Shown here: positions 1 through 9,407 of the stretch, in pieces | Layout: each line of letters starts with the position of its first letter | Numbering within the stretch: the stretch's first letter is position 1 | The notes under the pieces: generated by a model | What the model was told of the DNA's origin: nothing | Databases searched by the model: none | Seen by the model: the letters and a program-made list of their open reading frames with translations, nothing else | Origin: an uncultured Desulfobacteraceae bacterium | GTDB taxonomy: Bacteria; Desulfobacterota; DSM-4660; Desulfatiglandales; HGW-15 | NCBI GenBank assembly: GCA_964441135.1 | Contig: CAYTUL010000001.1 | Location: forward strand, 1 to 28,644 | DNA: 28,644 bases | Direction of reading: 5' to 3' | Made by a program: the position numbers and the translations under genes

Positions 1-807
1 GGTCAGACCTGTCAAGGTGCCGCTCCCTTCATTAAAGGTGAGTTTGCCCCTTGCCAGCAGACCGGCGCCTTTTGTATCGGTTATGCCGGTCCGGAGATCT
101 TCGTTCGGATTACAGGTAAGGATATATTCCCATTCGGCTCCGGATATTTTATCGTAATATATGGTAATGTCGTGGGTGCTTCCAAGAGCATCATAGGCCT
201 TCACAGTTGACTGATATTCATAATTGGATGAGGCTAAAGGGGTGCTCGCCGTTCCGTCCCAGGCGCTTGAAAGGATGGAGGTATTGCTGGTCTTATCCTC
301 ATCCACGTTGGTGATTATCGTGATGTCCTCAGTGGCCTGGGGTTGAGAGGTGAATGAGGTCATGGCTATATCCGTGGTTGATCCGGTAATGTCCCCATTT
401 GAATCCACCGCCCATCCCTGAACCACATACCCTTCGGGATTGACCAGGTTTCCATCCTTGTCAAACCGGAAGTTACCGGCTCTCGTATAAAAAAGGCTGC
501 TGCTCGTGGACTCCCTTACCGCGAAAAAGCCGTCCCCGCCTATTGCCAGGTCCGTGTTATTTCCGGTTGACTCAAAGGAGCCCTGCTCGAATGTGGCGTA
601 TATATCCGCGATGGCCGTGCCCCTTCCAACCTGGGATGTCCCGGCCCTCGTGAACATGGCCTGGCTCAGCAAGTCCTGAAAGGTAAAGGTGCTTCCCTTA
701 AAACCCACTGTGTTGACATTGGCGATGTTGTCGCCGATTATCTGCATAGCATTTCCGAGGTTGCTTAAACCACTGATTCCTGAAAATAGTGCGCTTGATA
801 GTGCCAT
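1..807 (-). CDS. flgE: Flagellar hook protein FlgE, N-terminal 269 codons (runs off the left edge; absent from the ORF track)
   Basis: Manual translation from ATG 807: MALSSALFSGISGLSNLGNAMQIIGDNIANVNTVGFKGS...TGNNTDLAIGGDGFFAV...YTRAGNFRFDKDGNLVNPEGYVVQG (flagellar axial-protein motifs). AGGAGG RBS at 812-817; directly downstream of flgD. Confidence 0.96.
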   Translation of the reverse strand, partial: MALSSALFSGISGLSNLGNAMQIIGDNIANVNTVGFKGSTFTFQDLLSQAMFTRAGTSQVGRGTAIADIYATFEQGSFESTGNNTDLAIGGDGFFAVRESTSSSLFYTRAGNFRFDKDGNLVNPEGYVVQGWAVDSNGDITGSTTDIAMTSFTSQPQATEDITIITNVDEDKTSNTSILSSAWDGTASTPLASSNYEYQSTVKAYDALGSTHDITIYYDKISGAEWEYILTCNPNEDLRTGITDTKGAGLLARGKLTFNEGSGTLTGLT

Positions 808-882
808 TTTATCCTCCTAATTTTCTTTCATTTCCTTTTATTTCACGAGATATAGGAATGCCGGGTGTCCCGGTTTCCCATA

Positions 883-1563
883 TCATTCATCTATTTCGGT
901 GTCATTATTCTTTACTTCCACGACCTGTGACATACCGAGGGATGTTTCACCTATATGGAGCATGGGCTCTTCACCGTCAAGACTTACCCCGTTTACAAGA
1001 CCCCTGATCCGGGTCTCCACGGGAAGAATCTCCCCGGAGGAATTTACAGCGGTGACCTCAAAGCCATATGTCCCGCTGTCCATCATATTCCCTTCCCCGT
1101 CACGGCCATCCCACACAAATGAATGGTCTCCCGGATCAAGGGTCCCCAGATATATCTCCCGGACAGGGTATCCGTTCGGATAGCTGACAAGAACGGTACA
1201 ATCCCCGGAATTTTCTAAAGTGAAAGACCCAGTGGCCGAACTGCCATATTCCAGATACAATGAGTCTCCTTCCGCCTCGATCTCCTTCCCCATCAGATCA
1301 AGGGCCTGCAACCGGTTCCCGCTGTCCTGAACACTTTTCATGGATTCAAGGTTCTCGTTCACATTGAAAAGCTGTTCGAGGCTGCTGAATTGCGCCAATT
1401 GAGAACTGAACTGGGCGCTGTCCATGGGATTGAGGGGATCCTGATGGTTCAACTGGGCTAAAAATAATTTAAGAAAATCGTCCCGGCCAAGAACCTGCTT
1501 ATCTTCTTCCGCATACAGGCTGTCCTCTGTAACACTTGGAATTCCCTTTATATCTGATATCAT
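883..1563 (-). CDS. flgD: Flagellar hook capping protein FlgD
   Basis: LGRDDFLKLFLAQLNHQDPLNPMDSAQFSSQLAQFSSLEQL signature and an FVWDGRD Ig-like segment; lies between fliK and flgE. Confidence 0.97.
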   Translation of the reverse strand: MISDIKGIPSVTEDSLYAEEDKQVLGRDDFLKLFLAQLNHQDPLNPMDSAQFSSQLAQFSSLEQLFNVNENLESMKSVQDSGNRLQALDLMGKEIEAEGDSLYLEYGSSATGSFTLENSGDCTVLVSYPNGYPVREIYLGTLDPGDHSFVWDGRDGEGNMMDSGTYGFEVTAVNSSGEILPVETRIRGLVNGVSLDGEEPMLHIGETSLGMSQVVEVKNNDTEIDE

Positions 1564-1588
1564 GAGAATATTTTCCTTTCAGAGAGTT

Positions 1589-3316
1589 CTAAACATGAAC
1601 GTCTATTTGATACTGTTTGTCTCTGGATCTTCCCGCGGATTCACCATCCATCACCGAAATATCTCCCTTTAGGCCCGGTCTCTTTGAGGAGGAAGAGTTT
1701 TCGCGGTCCTGTCTGGACCATAAAAAACCCTCCTTAAACTGTCTGTCCTCAAGGCCGACCATGACCTCAAAACTGTCCACGGTTAATCCTTGATTACTCA
1801 GTTGCTGTTTAAGTTGATTTAAATTGGCTTCAATAACTTCTTTAACCAATGGATTTTCCGCGCTCAGGTTGGCATGGAGATGTCCGTTTTTTATCGCGAG
1901 GTCCAAGTCGAGTCTGCCTAATTCGGGAGGGTGTATGAGCATCCTGCCTCTCTGTTCTCCTGCCCGGATCATCCATATCATCCTGTCAAGAATTTTCGGC
2001 AATGGCTGGGGCAGGTTGTAATAATTCCTGACTTGACTGACCGCCCCGGGCATCCTGCTGTCCCTGTCTGTTCTATTGACAGTGAGATCCGTTCCCAGGG
2101 CGTCCTTAATCAGAAAGCCACGATCACCTCTATCGGCGGTTGTCTTCGTATCTTTAACCTCGATCCTGTCCTCTGAAAACACAGGAAATAATTCAGGCTT
2201 GGTATTTGTCCCTCCATGCTTCAGAAGCTCTGTCAGATTTATTCTGATAACCCCCTGTTCAGGGAGCAATGCCTTGTTGGCATTGGCATCATTTCCAATC
2301 AATAGGCGTTCTTCCTTGAGGATACCCATTATCTTTTCATGCCATCCCCCCCTTTGCCATTCGGGCTGCTTCTTTAAAAAGGCCTGATTTAAAAGAAGAT
2401 CGAGTTCCGGTTTTTTGATGGTATTATCTTTCAATAGGGATTTTGTGTAATCTACATTAAGGGTCTCTAAAAAGGATTTGACTTCCTGAGGCGGAATCCC
2501 TTTTTCCCGTAAAACTTCGGCTATGTTTTGCTTGATCTTTTTCTGAAAATCCTGAGAGGGAGTTCCAATAAAGTTCATCAGTTCCTTTTTTAGATCCGGA
2601 TCGATCGCTTTCATGTCATTGAATTGTACCTGGGACTTGATTTGGATATCATGCTGTTTGAGCATGGAGATCAGCCCCGATTCGGACGGGATGCCCGGGA
2701 GATATTTTTCCAGGTTGGTCCATAACCGGCCCAGGACCAGGTCTCCCTTTTGATTAAGGGACTTTTCAATTGACTCCTTTATCTCTCCTGCTCCAAGTCC
2801 CATATTAAAAAGCAGTTCTTCAATCCCGGGAATTTGGCTTGATTGGATTAGGGGGCTATTCTTTTCCGCTGTATGGGCGCTCTCACCATTCATGATCAGT
2901 GCCATCAGTTTATCCACCTGAACCAACCCGTCTTTGTTTTTTAACGAGATCAGTAACTGGTTAATCTTTTCCTTGGAAAATCCCTGATCCTTGAGAAATG
3001 CAACCAATTGGGGCAGGGCGGATTCGGGAAGGACAAACTGGGATGAAGAAAGATACAGGAAGGGCATTTTCTTCCCGAGGTCATCCTGGGAACATGTCCC
3101 CATGCCCTTTAGGTTCTCGCTCTGGTACTGTTTTGCTGTGGATGGGGTTCCCTTAAAAAGGAGAGGTCCCAGGGATCCATCTCCGGTGGAATCCAAGCCC
3201 TGGTTTAGCAGGTTCTGGAAGATACTGTTCCCAACATCCGCGGGTGACTGTGTTTTACCGGAGATTGCTGTACTCGAGGAATTGGATGAAGGTTGCAGAT
3301 AAAGGATATCATTCAT
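1589..3316 (-). CDS. fliK: Flagellar hook-length control protein FliK (575 aa)
   Basis: C-terminal T3S4 domain (HPPELGRLDLDL...NLNQLKQQLSNQGL). Start moved to ATG 3316 because the ORF-track ATG 3394 lies upstream of the sigma54 promoter at 3369-3384. Confidence 0.9.
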   Translation of the reverse strand: MNDILYLQPSSNSSSTAISGKTQSPADVGNSIFQNLLNQGLDSTGDGSLGPLLFKGTPSTAKQYQSENLKGMGTCSQDDLGKKMPFLYLSSSQFVLPESALPQLVAFLKDQGFSKEKINQLLISLKNKDGLVQVDKLMALIMNGESAHTAEKNSPLIQSSQIPGIEELLFNMGLGAGEIKESIEKSLNQKGDLVLGRLWTNLEKYLPGIPSESGLISMLKQHDIQIKSQVQFNDMKAIDPDLKKELMNFIGTPSQDFQKKIKQNIAEVLREKGIPPQEVKSFLETLNVDYTKSLLKDNTIKKPELDLLLNQAFLKKQPEWQRGGWHEKIMGILKEERLLIGNDANANKALLPEQGVIRINLTELLKHGGTNTKPELFPVFSEDRIEVKDTKTTADRGDRGFLIKDALGTDLTVNRTDRDSRMPGAVSQVRNYYNLPQPLPKILDRMIWMIRAGEQRGRMLIHPPELGRLDLDLAIKNGHLHANLSAENPLVKEVIEANLNQLKQQLSNQGLTVDSFEVMVGLEDRQFKEGFLWSRQDRENSSSSKRPGLKGDISVMDGESAGRSRDKQYQIDVHV

Positions 3317-3368
3317 GGTTGTTCTCTCTCTTAGAGGCTGTGAGATTTTATTTGTCGTTAGTCCAAGC

Positions 3369-3384
3369 AGCAATCCCTGTGCCA
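3369..3384 (-). promoter_or_regulatory. Sigma54 -24/-12 promoter of fliK-flgD-flgE
   Basis: Minus strand reads TGGCAC-AGGGA-TTGCT, a perfect TGGCAC-N5-TTGCW; predicted +1 near 3358. Confidence 0.9.
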
Positions 3385-3451
3385 AAAAGATCAAAATAAA
3401 AAATATGTTCTATTATCAATAAGATATCCGGAAGCAAAATGCTTGAGAATT

Positions 3452-3511
3452 CATTTGGGGAAGGCAAAAATTACCCTGTAGCATTTGGGGTGGGTAATAA
3501 TTTCCATGTGG
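3452..3511. promoter_or_regulatory. Imperfect 30-bp tandem repeat carrying two 13-bp dyads (candidate upstream activator sites for fliK)
   Basis: catttggggaaggcaaaaattaccctgtag / catttggggtgggtaataatttccatgtgg (23/30 identical). Dyads GGCAAAAATTACC 3463-3475 and GGTAATAATTTCC 3493-3505. Confidence 0.6.
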
Positions 3512-3561
3512 GAAAGCAATGAAAGGTGGGTCTTTGCATGAATATCATCTCCGGTCTTTTC

Positions 3562-4194
3562 CTATTCCATATTACTGAGTCTTTCGCTTATCAATGCGCC
3601 CTTTTCAGGATCCATCATAGACAGTATTTGACCCGCAGACTTCCCTTTCATGTTCGCGATGATAAGAACAATGGTATCGATTTGTAGTTTATCCATTATG
3701 GCTGCCGCCTTGGCAGCGTCCATGGAACTGTATAGGGCGACGAGATGTCCGATCTTTGCATCCTTTAACGCCTGTTCCCTTTCAGCCAGATCCTTGGCAT
3801 AGTTTGTTAATCTGGCCTCAAGCTCGTTTAGCTCTTCAATCTTGGAATCGATCTCCTTCTGTAATGGAAGAAGTTCCTCCTCCTTTTTTTTAAGAGCGGT
3901 TTCCTTTTCTTTGAGTTCCTCCTCCTTCTTCCTGAGCATTCTCTCCTTTTCATCAAAGTTGGGTTCGGACTCTTGTTTCTCCTCTTCGGCAAGGGCCAGG
4001 TCCGTTCCCGTAAATGGCATCCTATCAAACTGGAGATAAAGGCCGCTTATGACGATCTTTGCGAACATCAGCAGGATGAATAAGAGGATGGCAATGATGA
4101 AAAAATTCAACCGGAAGGGAATTCTCTGCCATACCTTAAAAGGGCTGCTTCGCTTATCGCCTTCTGTTCTATTTGATGCTGCCGCTGGTTCCAT
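3562..4194 (-). CDS. MotE/FlbB/YlxF-family flagellar protein (TM or signal anchor, coiled coil, MgtE_N-like C-terminal domain); start uncertain (ATG 4194 or TTG 4110)
   Basis: Hydrophobic FFIIAILLFILLMFA, a KE-rich coiled coil, then LVALYSSMDAAKAAAIMDKL...MKGKSAGQILSMMDPEKGA; typical position between fliJ and fliK. Confidence 0.85.
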   Translation of the reverse strand: MEPAAASNRTEGDKRSSPFKVWQRIPFRLNFFIIAILLFILLMFAKIVISGLYLQFDRMPFTGTDLALAEEEKQESEPNFDEKERMLRKKEEELKEKETALKKKEEELLPLQKEIDSKIEELNELEARLTNYAKDLAEREQALKDAKIGHLVALYSSMDAAKAAAIMDKLQIDTIVLIIANMKGKSAGQILSMMDPEKGALISERLSNME

Positions 4195-4556
4195 TTTTGA
4201 AAATCCTTCTCCTTTAATCGTTCGAAAATCTTGAATTGTTTGGTCTTTGTCAGAAGAATATCCAGCTTCTCCCTCACTACTTTCTCGGATTCGGTTATCT
4301 CAATTTTCTGGTTTTCGATCCTCCTATTTAGGGCCACAACGTAATAGATATGATTTATAAGCACGCCGGAATGGATCTTTTTTTTAAGATTGCCGGTAAA
4401 GGTCCTGTTCGTCAGGCTCAGGTCTTCCTGGTACTCTACCAGCAATTCCCTGCATTGTCTCAATCGCCGCTGCGCCAGGGCCAGTTCAATCTCCGCCTTT
4501 TCCTTTAAATGTTGCCTGTAGGAAAGCAGTGCTTCATATCTGAATTTAAAACCCAT
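4107..4556 (-). CDS. fliJ: Flagellar export protein FliJ
   Basis: MGFKFRYEALLSYRQHLKEKAEIELA N-terminus, coiled coil, FERLKEK near the C-terminus; follows fliI. Confidence 0.92.
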   Translation of the reverse strand: MGFKFRYEALLSYRQHLKEKAEIELALAQRRLRQCRELLVEYQEDLSLTNRTFTGNLKKKIHSGVLINHIYYVVALNRRIENQKIEITESEKVVREKLDILLTKTKQFKIFERLKEKDFQKWNQRQHQIEQKAISEAALLRYGREFPSG

Positions 4557-4675
4557 GTCGTGGCCCGTGAATCGCGTCCCTCAGTCTCTTCAAGAGGATT
4601 AAACCCCCGAAGGAGCGGTAATAAGAATATGGGAAAAGCCCTTCACGGAATGATACTCCCATAAGACGAGCGGTG

Positions 4676-6010
4676 TCATGAGGCCCCGGTCTTCTTATTA
4701 GCCAGTAACTTTGACATCTCTCGGAAAGCTTCATTCATTGAAGAGGGGGTATCCACGTCCTGCCGGAGAAATCCGTTCACATCATCAATCATATAAAGGG
4801 CACGATCCGTCCTTTTATTATTGCCCCTCTCATAGGCTCCGAGGTTTACCAGGTCTTCTATCTTCGCGTAATCAGACAGAATTCCTCGAAATTCGTAGGC
4901 GACCTTAAGCTGCTCCTTCTCCACGATGTCGTTCATCAACCTGCTGATGCTGGAGAGCACGTTAATGGCAGGATAATGCCCTTTTGAAGACAAATCCCGG
5001 TCAAGAACGATATGACCGTCCACTATGGACCTTACAGCGTCGGCGATTGGCTCGTTCATATCATCCCCTTCGACAAGGACCGTGTAGATCCCTGTGATCG
5101 ATCCATGACGGTTATTCGTGCCGGCCCTTTCTAAAAGATTTGGCAAATGGGAAAAGGTACTTGGTGGATAGGCCTTGTTTGTGGGGGGTTCTCCTGCTGA
5201 CAATCCGACTTCTCTCACTGCCATGGCGAACCGTGTTATGGAGTCCATCATTAATAGTACGTCCCTGGCATTATCCCTGAAAAATTCCGCGATCGCCGCC
5301 GCCAGATAGGCCCCCCTCATCCTTATCAGGGGAGATGTATCAGAGGTGGCTACAATGACCACCGAGCGTTTTAGGCCATCCTCTCCCAGATCCCGTTCAA
5401 TGAACTCCCTCACTTCCCTGCCTCGTTCTCCTATAAGACCGATGACATTGACATCCGCTTTCGTATATCTTGCCATCATTCCCAGGAGCACGCTCTTACC
5501 CACACCGGAACCCGCCATGATCGCGGTTCTCTGGCCCTTCGCGAGGGTTATGAGGCAGTCAATGGAACGGACACCCACATCAAGGGGTTCTGATATCCTG
5601 GATCTATGGAGCGGGTTTAAGGGTTTTGAATATAGAGGGATAGTGGTCACCGGATGCAAAGGGGGACCGCCGTCAAGGGGGTTACCGAGTCCATCCAGGA
5701 CCCTGCCGAGCATATCAAAACCGACCTCGACCCGGGCGGCATAACGTTTGGCGATTATCGTACTACCGGGTTCAATTCCCTCGGCCTTATTCAGGGGCAT
5801 AAGGAGCAGGCACTGATCCCTGAAACCGACGACCTCTGCGTCGATAGGTTCAGGGGAATTCGCCAGCATGATATGACAGATTCCGCCTATGGGCATTGCA
5901 GGCCCATTCCCCTCAATGATCGTCCCTAAGACCTTGGTTACCTGCCCCTCTACCCTGATCGGGCATGAAGAATTGATACAATTCTCATATTTTTCAAGGG
6001 AGAGTCCCAT
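4676..6010 (-). CDS. fliI: Flagellum-specific export ATPase FliI
   Basis: Walker A AGSGVGKS, IGERGREV, DSITRFAMAVRE, DGHIVLDR. Start set at ATG 6010 (MGLSLEKY), a 17-nt overlap with the fliH end. Confidence 0.96.
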   Translation of the reverse strand: MGLSLEKYENCINSSCPIRVEGQVTKVLGTIIEGNGPAMPIGGICHIMLANSPEPIDAEVVGFRDQCLLLMPLNKAEGIEPGSTIIAKRYAARVEVGFDMLGRVLDGLGNPLDGGPPLHPVTTIPLYSKPLNPLHRSRISEPLDVGVRSIDCLITLAKGQRTAIMAGSGVGKSVLLGMMARYTKADVNVIGLIGERGREVREFIERDLGEDGLKRSVVIVATSDTSPLIRMRGAYLAAAIAEFFRDNARDVLLMMDSITRFAMAVREVGLSAGEPPTNKAYPPSTFSHLPNLLERAGTNNRHGSITGIYTVLVEGDDMNEPIADAVRSIVDGHIVLDRDLSSKGHYPAINVLSSISRLMNDIVEKEQLKVAYEFRGILSDYAKIEDLVNLGAYERGNNKRTDRALYMIDDVNGFLRQDVDTPSSMNEAFREMSKLLANKKTGAS

Positions 6011-6749
6011 CTTTATTTCCCATGGAGATCTTGTACCGGTTTTCAATTTCCTCTTCAAGCGTGCTCAACTGATCTTCAATGGTGGCATTGATCCTGCCAA
6101 ATCCGGTCTCAAGAACGCACCCGCCCTTTGTTATCCCATTATCTTCAGTTAACTGGAAATGACCGCCCTTGGTAAGAATAGACAGGTCCGGGAGTATCCT
6201 TCTGACTTCCTCCATATCATCGGGGCTGATAAGAATTTGAATCTTGCGTTTATCTATTAAGAAGGAAAGAGCGGATTTGATCGTGTGCCCAATGACCGTG
6301 TCACTTATCCTGATTTCTTCGTTTATGATCTTCTTAGCCACCATAATCACGAGCTTAAGTATTTCCCCCTCGGATTCGGAATAGATTTGCGGTTTCAGGT
6401 CTCGCAAACCAATAAAAAGGGTCTCAAGCTGTTTACCCATCTCCTCTAACTTTATTTTTTCCAATGCGAGGCCGTCCCTTTGACCCTGTTCAAACCCCTT
6501 CTCATAGGCCTCTTTCTCAAGTCTCGCGAGTTTGGTCTTTAAATCTTCTTTTTTCCCCGGGTCCTCGTCATCTTTTTCGACAACCGGAAGAGTCCATGAG
6601 CAGACCGAGGGATCCTCACAGAGAGTCGATGTCCTTCGGCCGTTCTGCACCGGGATCGAGGATTTGGATTGCGGCAGTTCAACGGGCTCTGTCTCAAAGG
6701 TGCCGATGGTAAAGGGAGGCGGGTTTTCGCCCTTGATCAATTTAGACAA
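5994..6749 (-). CDS. fliH: Flagellar assembly protein FliH
   Basis: AYEKGFEQGQRDG GxxxG repeats and the C-terminal EDNGITKGGCVLETGFGRINAT motif; lies between fliG and fliI. Confidence 0.93.
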   Translation of the reverse strand: MSKLIKGENPPPFTIGTFETEPVELPQSKSSIPVQNGRRTSTLCEDPSVCSWTLPVVEKDDEDPGKKEDLKTKLARLEKEAYEKGFEQGQRDGLALEKIKLEEMGKQLETLFIGLRDLKPQIYSESEGEILKLVIMVAKKIINEEIRISDTVIGHTIKSALSFLIDKRKIQILISPDDMEEVRRILPDLSILTKGGHFQLTEDNGITKGGCVLETGFGRINATIEDQLSTLEEEIENRYKISMGNKDGTLP

Positions 6750-7752
6750 GGATCTCTTCTCCCCCTTTGCCTCCCAGGATTATCTTTCCTTCCTCTTCGA
6801 GTCTTCTGGCGGCCTTGACGATATTCAACTGGGCCTGTTCCACGTCTTTCAATTTTACGGGGCCCATTACTTCCATATCCTCTTTCATCATCTCAGCCGC
6901 TCGCTTGCTCACGTTACTGAATATCTTTTCGCTTAGTTCCTCAGAGGCGGTTTTCAACGCCAGGATAAGTTCGTCATTGCTGATTTCCTTCAGTAAACTC
7001 CGGATCGAACGGTCATCGAGTGTAACGAGGTCGGAAAAGACAAACATCTTCTGTCGAATCTCATCCGCCAGGTCCTCTCTTACGCTTTCTATCTTTTCGA
7101 ATATGGCATTCTCCGTCTTATGATCCAATTGGTTCAGGATCTCAGCGGCGGCTTCGATACCACCTTGATTTTCACCGGTCTCATTTCCCATGTCCGAGAG
7201 CATCTCATCAACCACTTCATGGATTTCATTAACGATTTCCATGGGCACATCTTCCAGATCGGCGATCCTCATTATGACTTCACCCTGAATGGTATCCGGC
7301 AAAAGCTGCATGATTTCCGCCGCTGACTGATATTTCATATTTACGAGAATAAGTGCGATGGTCTGGGGATGCTCGTTCATAAGAAGGTTTGCCAGAACAT
7401 GGGGATTGAAGGAACTCAATTTTTCAAAGGACTTTTCACCTCCCTTGGAAAGAAGATCCCCGAGAAGGTCGTCCGCCTTTTTTGTATTAAAGGCCCGGGG
7501 GACCGTTTTCTGGAGAAAGTCTTTTCCCGATATGCCCAGGGCGCTACCGTCGGTCATGGCCTTGGAATACTCGTCCATTACGGTTGAGACGGTCTTGGGA
7601 TCCACTTTTTTAACCTGTGTCATATGTTCGCCCAAGAGTTTTATCTCCCGATCATCAAGGTGTCTGAAGACCTGGGCGGTAAAATCTTCTCCCATGATCA
7701 TCAAAAAGAGGGCCGCTTTCCGGGCCCCCGACAAGTAGGATGGAGATTCCAA
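6742..7752 (-). CDS. fliG: Flagellar motor switch protein FliG
   Basis: LSGARKAALFL, EHPQTIALIL, GGIEAAAEILN, MFVFSDL, GPVKLKDVEQAQ motifs. Confidence 0.97.
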   Translation of the reverse strand: MESPSYLSGARKAALFLMIMGEDFTAQVFRHLDDREIKLLGEHMTQVKKVDPKTVSTVMDEYSKAMTDGSALGISGKDFLQKTVPRAFNTKKADDLLGDLLSKGGEKSFEKLSSFNPHVLANLLMNEHPQTIALILVNMKYQSAAEIMQLLPDTIQGEVIMRIADLEDVPMEIVNEIHEVVDEMLSDMGNETGENQGGIEAAAEILNQLDHKTENAIFEKIESVREDLADEIRQKMFVFSDLVTLDDRSIRSLLKEISNDELILALKTASEELSEKIFSNVSKRAAEMMKEDMEVMGPVKLKDVEQAQLNIVKAARRLEEEGKIILGGKGGEEILV

Positions 7753-7753
7753 T

Positions 7754-9334
7754 CTAACTCACCTCATTGATCCAGGTTTTGATAATATCGGCTGCGACTT
7801 CAGGATTGTCCCTGGTCGCTTCGAGTAACTTTTGCTTGTTCTTCTGTCTCATCTGTAATTCAGCGGTTTGGGCATCATATTCATCGGCTTCCTCTCCCGC
7901 TGTGATTGCCCTGGAGGCTACGTATTCACTCGTCTGGCTAAGCCACCTCCTAAAGGGTCTTATCGCAATTATGAAGAAGATTAAAAAGAGCGCGATATTT
8001 GTTAAGGGCTTGGTGAACTTCTTGGAATTCCCCAGCCACCCCTCTTTGCGGGCAGGCAATGTTGAGAAATCTTCCTTTTGGATATTGAATGGGATATTAG
8101 AAACCGTTACCTGGTCACCCCTTGCCTCATTAAAGCCTATGGCCTTTTTTACGATATCTTCAAATGTCTTCATCTGCTTCCTGTCCCGGGGAATGAACTT
8201 GTTTATCTTATTTCCATCCGGGCCCTCTTCCATTCTGTAGGGCCCGTCGATGATCACCGCCGCAGAAAGACGTTTGATATCACCAGCCGAATCGATGATC
8301 TGTCTATTGATCTTGTTTATTTCGTAATTAATCACGGAGTTTTCCTTTTGAAATTTTCTCTCGGAAGAACCGGGGTTTTCTCCCTGACTCTGATTAACCT
8401 GGTATTTAAGATCCGGAGAACCGGAGGCCAGCTTTTTATCGTCCGTTGAACTCTCCCTCTGGCGCTGTTCACTGCGTACCACAACACTATCCGGGTCAAA
8501 TTCTTCTTCAGAAATATTGATCTGTCTCAGATCGACCTCCGCTGAAACCCTCGCCACTACCTTGTTCATGCCCACAACCGGTTCGAGCATCGTTTGAATC
8601 TGTTTTTCATAGCTGCTTTCGATCTTTCTCTTATAATCAAACTGTCCCCTGCTGATATTACCCGCGCTATCCTCATTAAGACCCTTCGAAAGCATCCCGC
8701 CCGTCATGTCAACAACACTGACGTTTTCGGGTTTAAGACCTTCCACCGCGCAGGCCACAAGATTAATGATGCCCTGTAGTTGCATCTGGTCCAGTGTCTT
8801 GCCTGGATAAGGTCTTATAACTACCGATGCGGTGGCCGGCTTTTCAGGTTCCGCGAAGAGAGAGTCTTTCGCGGAAACGATATGAACCCTGGCCTGTTCA
8901 ATTGCGTCAAACTGCATGATTGTCCTGGCTAATTCACCCTGAAGGGCCTGCTGGTATTTCATCTTCTGGACGAATTCAGTGGTTCCGAAGGAGATATCGT
9001 CCAGGATCTCAAATCCGACATTGTTTCCCCTGGGAATACCTTCGCTGGCCATTTCCAGCCTTAACTGGTACACCATTTCATTGGGAACAAGGATAGCCCG
9101 TCCTCCGTCTTTGAGCTGAAAGGGTGTCCTCTTTTCCCTTAATTTTTCCGTTATCTTGGCCGCGTCCCGTGTATCGAGGTTGGAGAAAAGGACCTGGTAA
9201 TCAGGCCTGTTGGTCCAGAGTAATAGAGCGATGAAACCGCCTATAACCACGCATAGCGTTAAGGCTAATGATATCTTTTTCCCAGTAGGTATGGCCTTGA
9301 ATAATTCAAGAATATTGTCAATACTGTTTGCCAT
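7754..9334 (-). CDS. fliF: Flagellar MS-ring protein FliF
   Basis: TM helix then DYQVLFSNL, GFEILDD-FGTTEF, ALQGELARTI, KPATASV, a second TM and C-terminal NPEVAADIIKTW. Start likely ATG 9334 (MANSIDN). Confidence 0.96.
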   Translation of the reverse strand: MANSIDNILELFKAIPTGKKISLALTLCVVIGGFIALLLWTNRPDYQVLFSNLDTRDAAKITEKLREKRTPFQLKDGGRAILVPNEMVYQLRLEMASEGIPRGNNVGFEILDDISFGTTEFVQKMKYQQALQGELARTIMQFDAIEQARVHIVSAKDSLFAEPEKPATASVVIRPYPGKTLDQMQLQGIINLVACAVEGLKPENVSVVDMTGGMLSKGLNEDSAGNISRGQFDYKRKIESSYEKQIQTMLEPVVGMNKVVARVSAEVDLRQINISEEEFDPDSVVVRSEQRQRESSTDDKKLASGSPDLKYQVNQSQGENPGSSERKFQKENSVINYEINKINRQIIDSAGDIKRLSAAVIIDGPYRMEEGPDGNKINKFIPRDRKQMKTFEDIVKKAIGFNEARGDQVTVSNIPFNIQKEDFSTLPARKEGWLGNSKKFTKPLTNIALFLIFFIIAIRPFRRWLSQTSEYVASRAITAGEEADEYDAQTAELQMRQKNKQKLLEATRDNPEVAADIIKTWINEVS

Positions 9335-9407
9335 TGGAACCCCGTTTAATATCTTATAATGAGTATCCATCCACAAATCGAAGATTTCAGGATGGAGTTT
9401 TCAGTAA

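Noticed and set aside
3317-3394. ORF-track N-terminal extensions of fliK (3394), fliI (6058), fliF (9376), the hydrolase (17885) and remA (19930)
   Set aside because: They lie upstream of the promoter, deep inside the neighbouring gene, or lack an RBS; downstream starts fit family length and SD position better.
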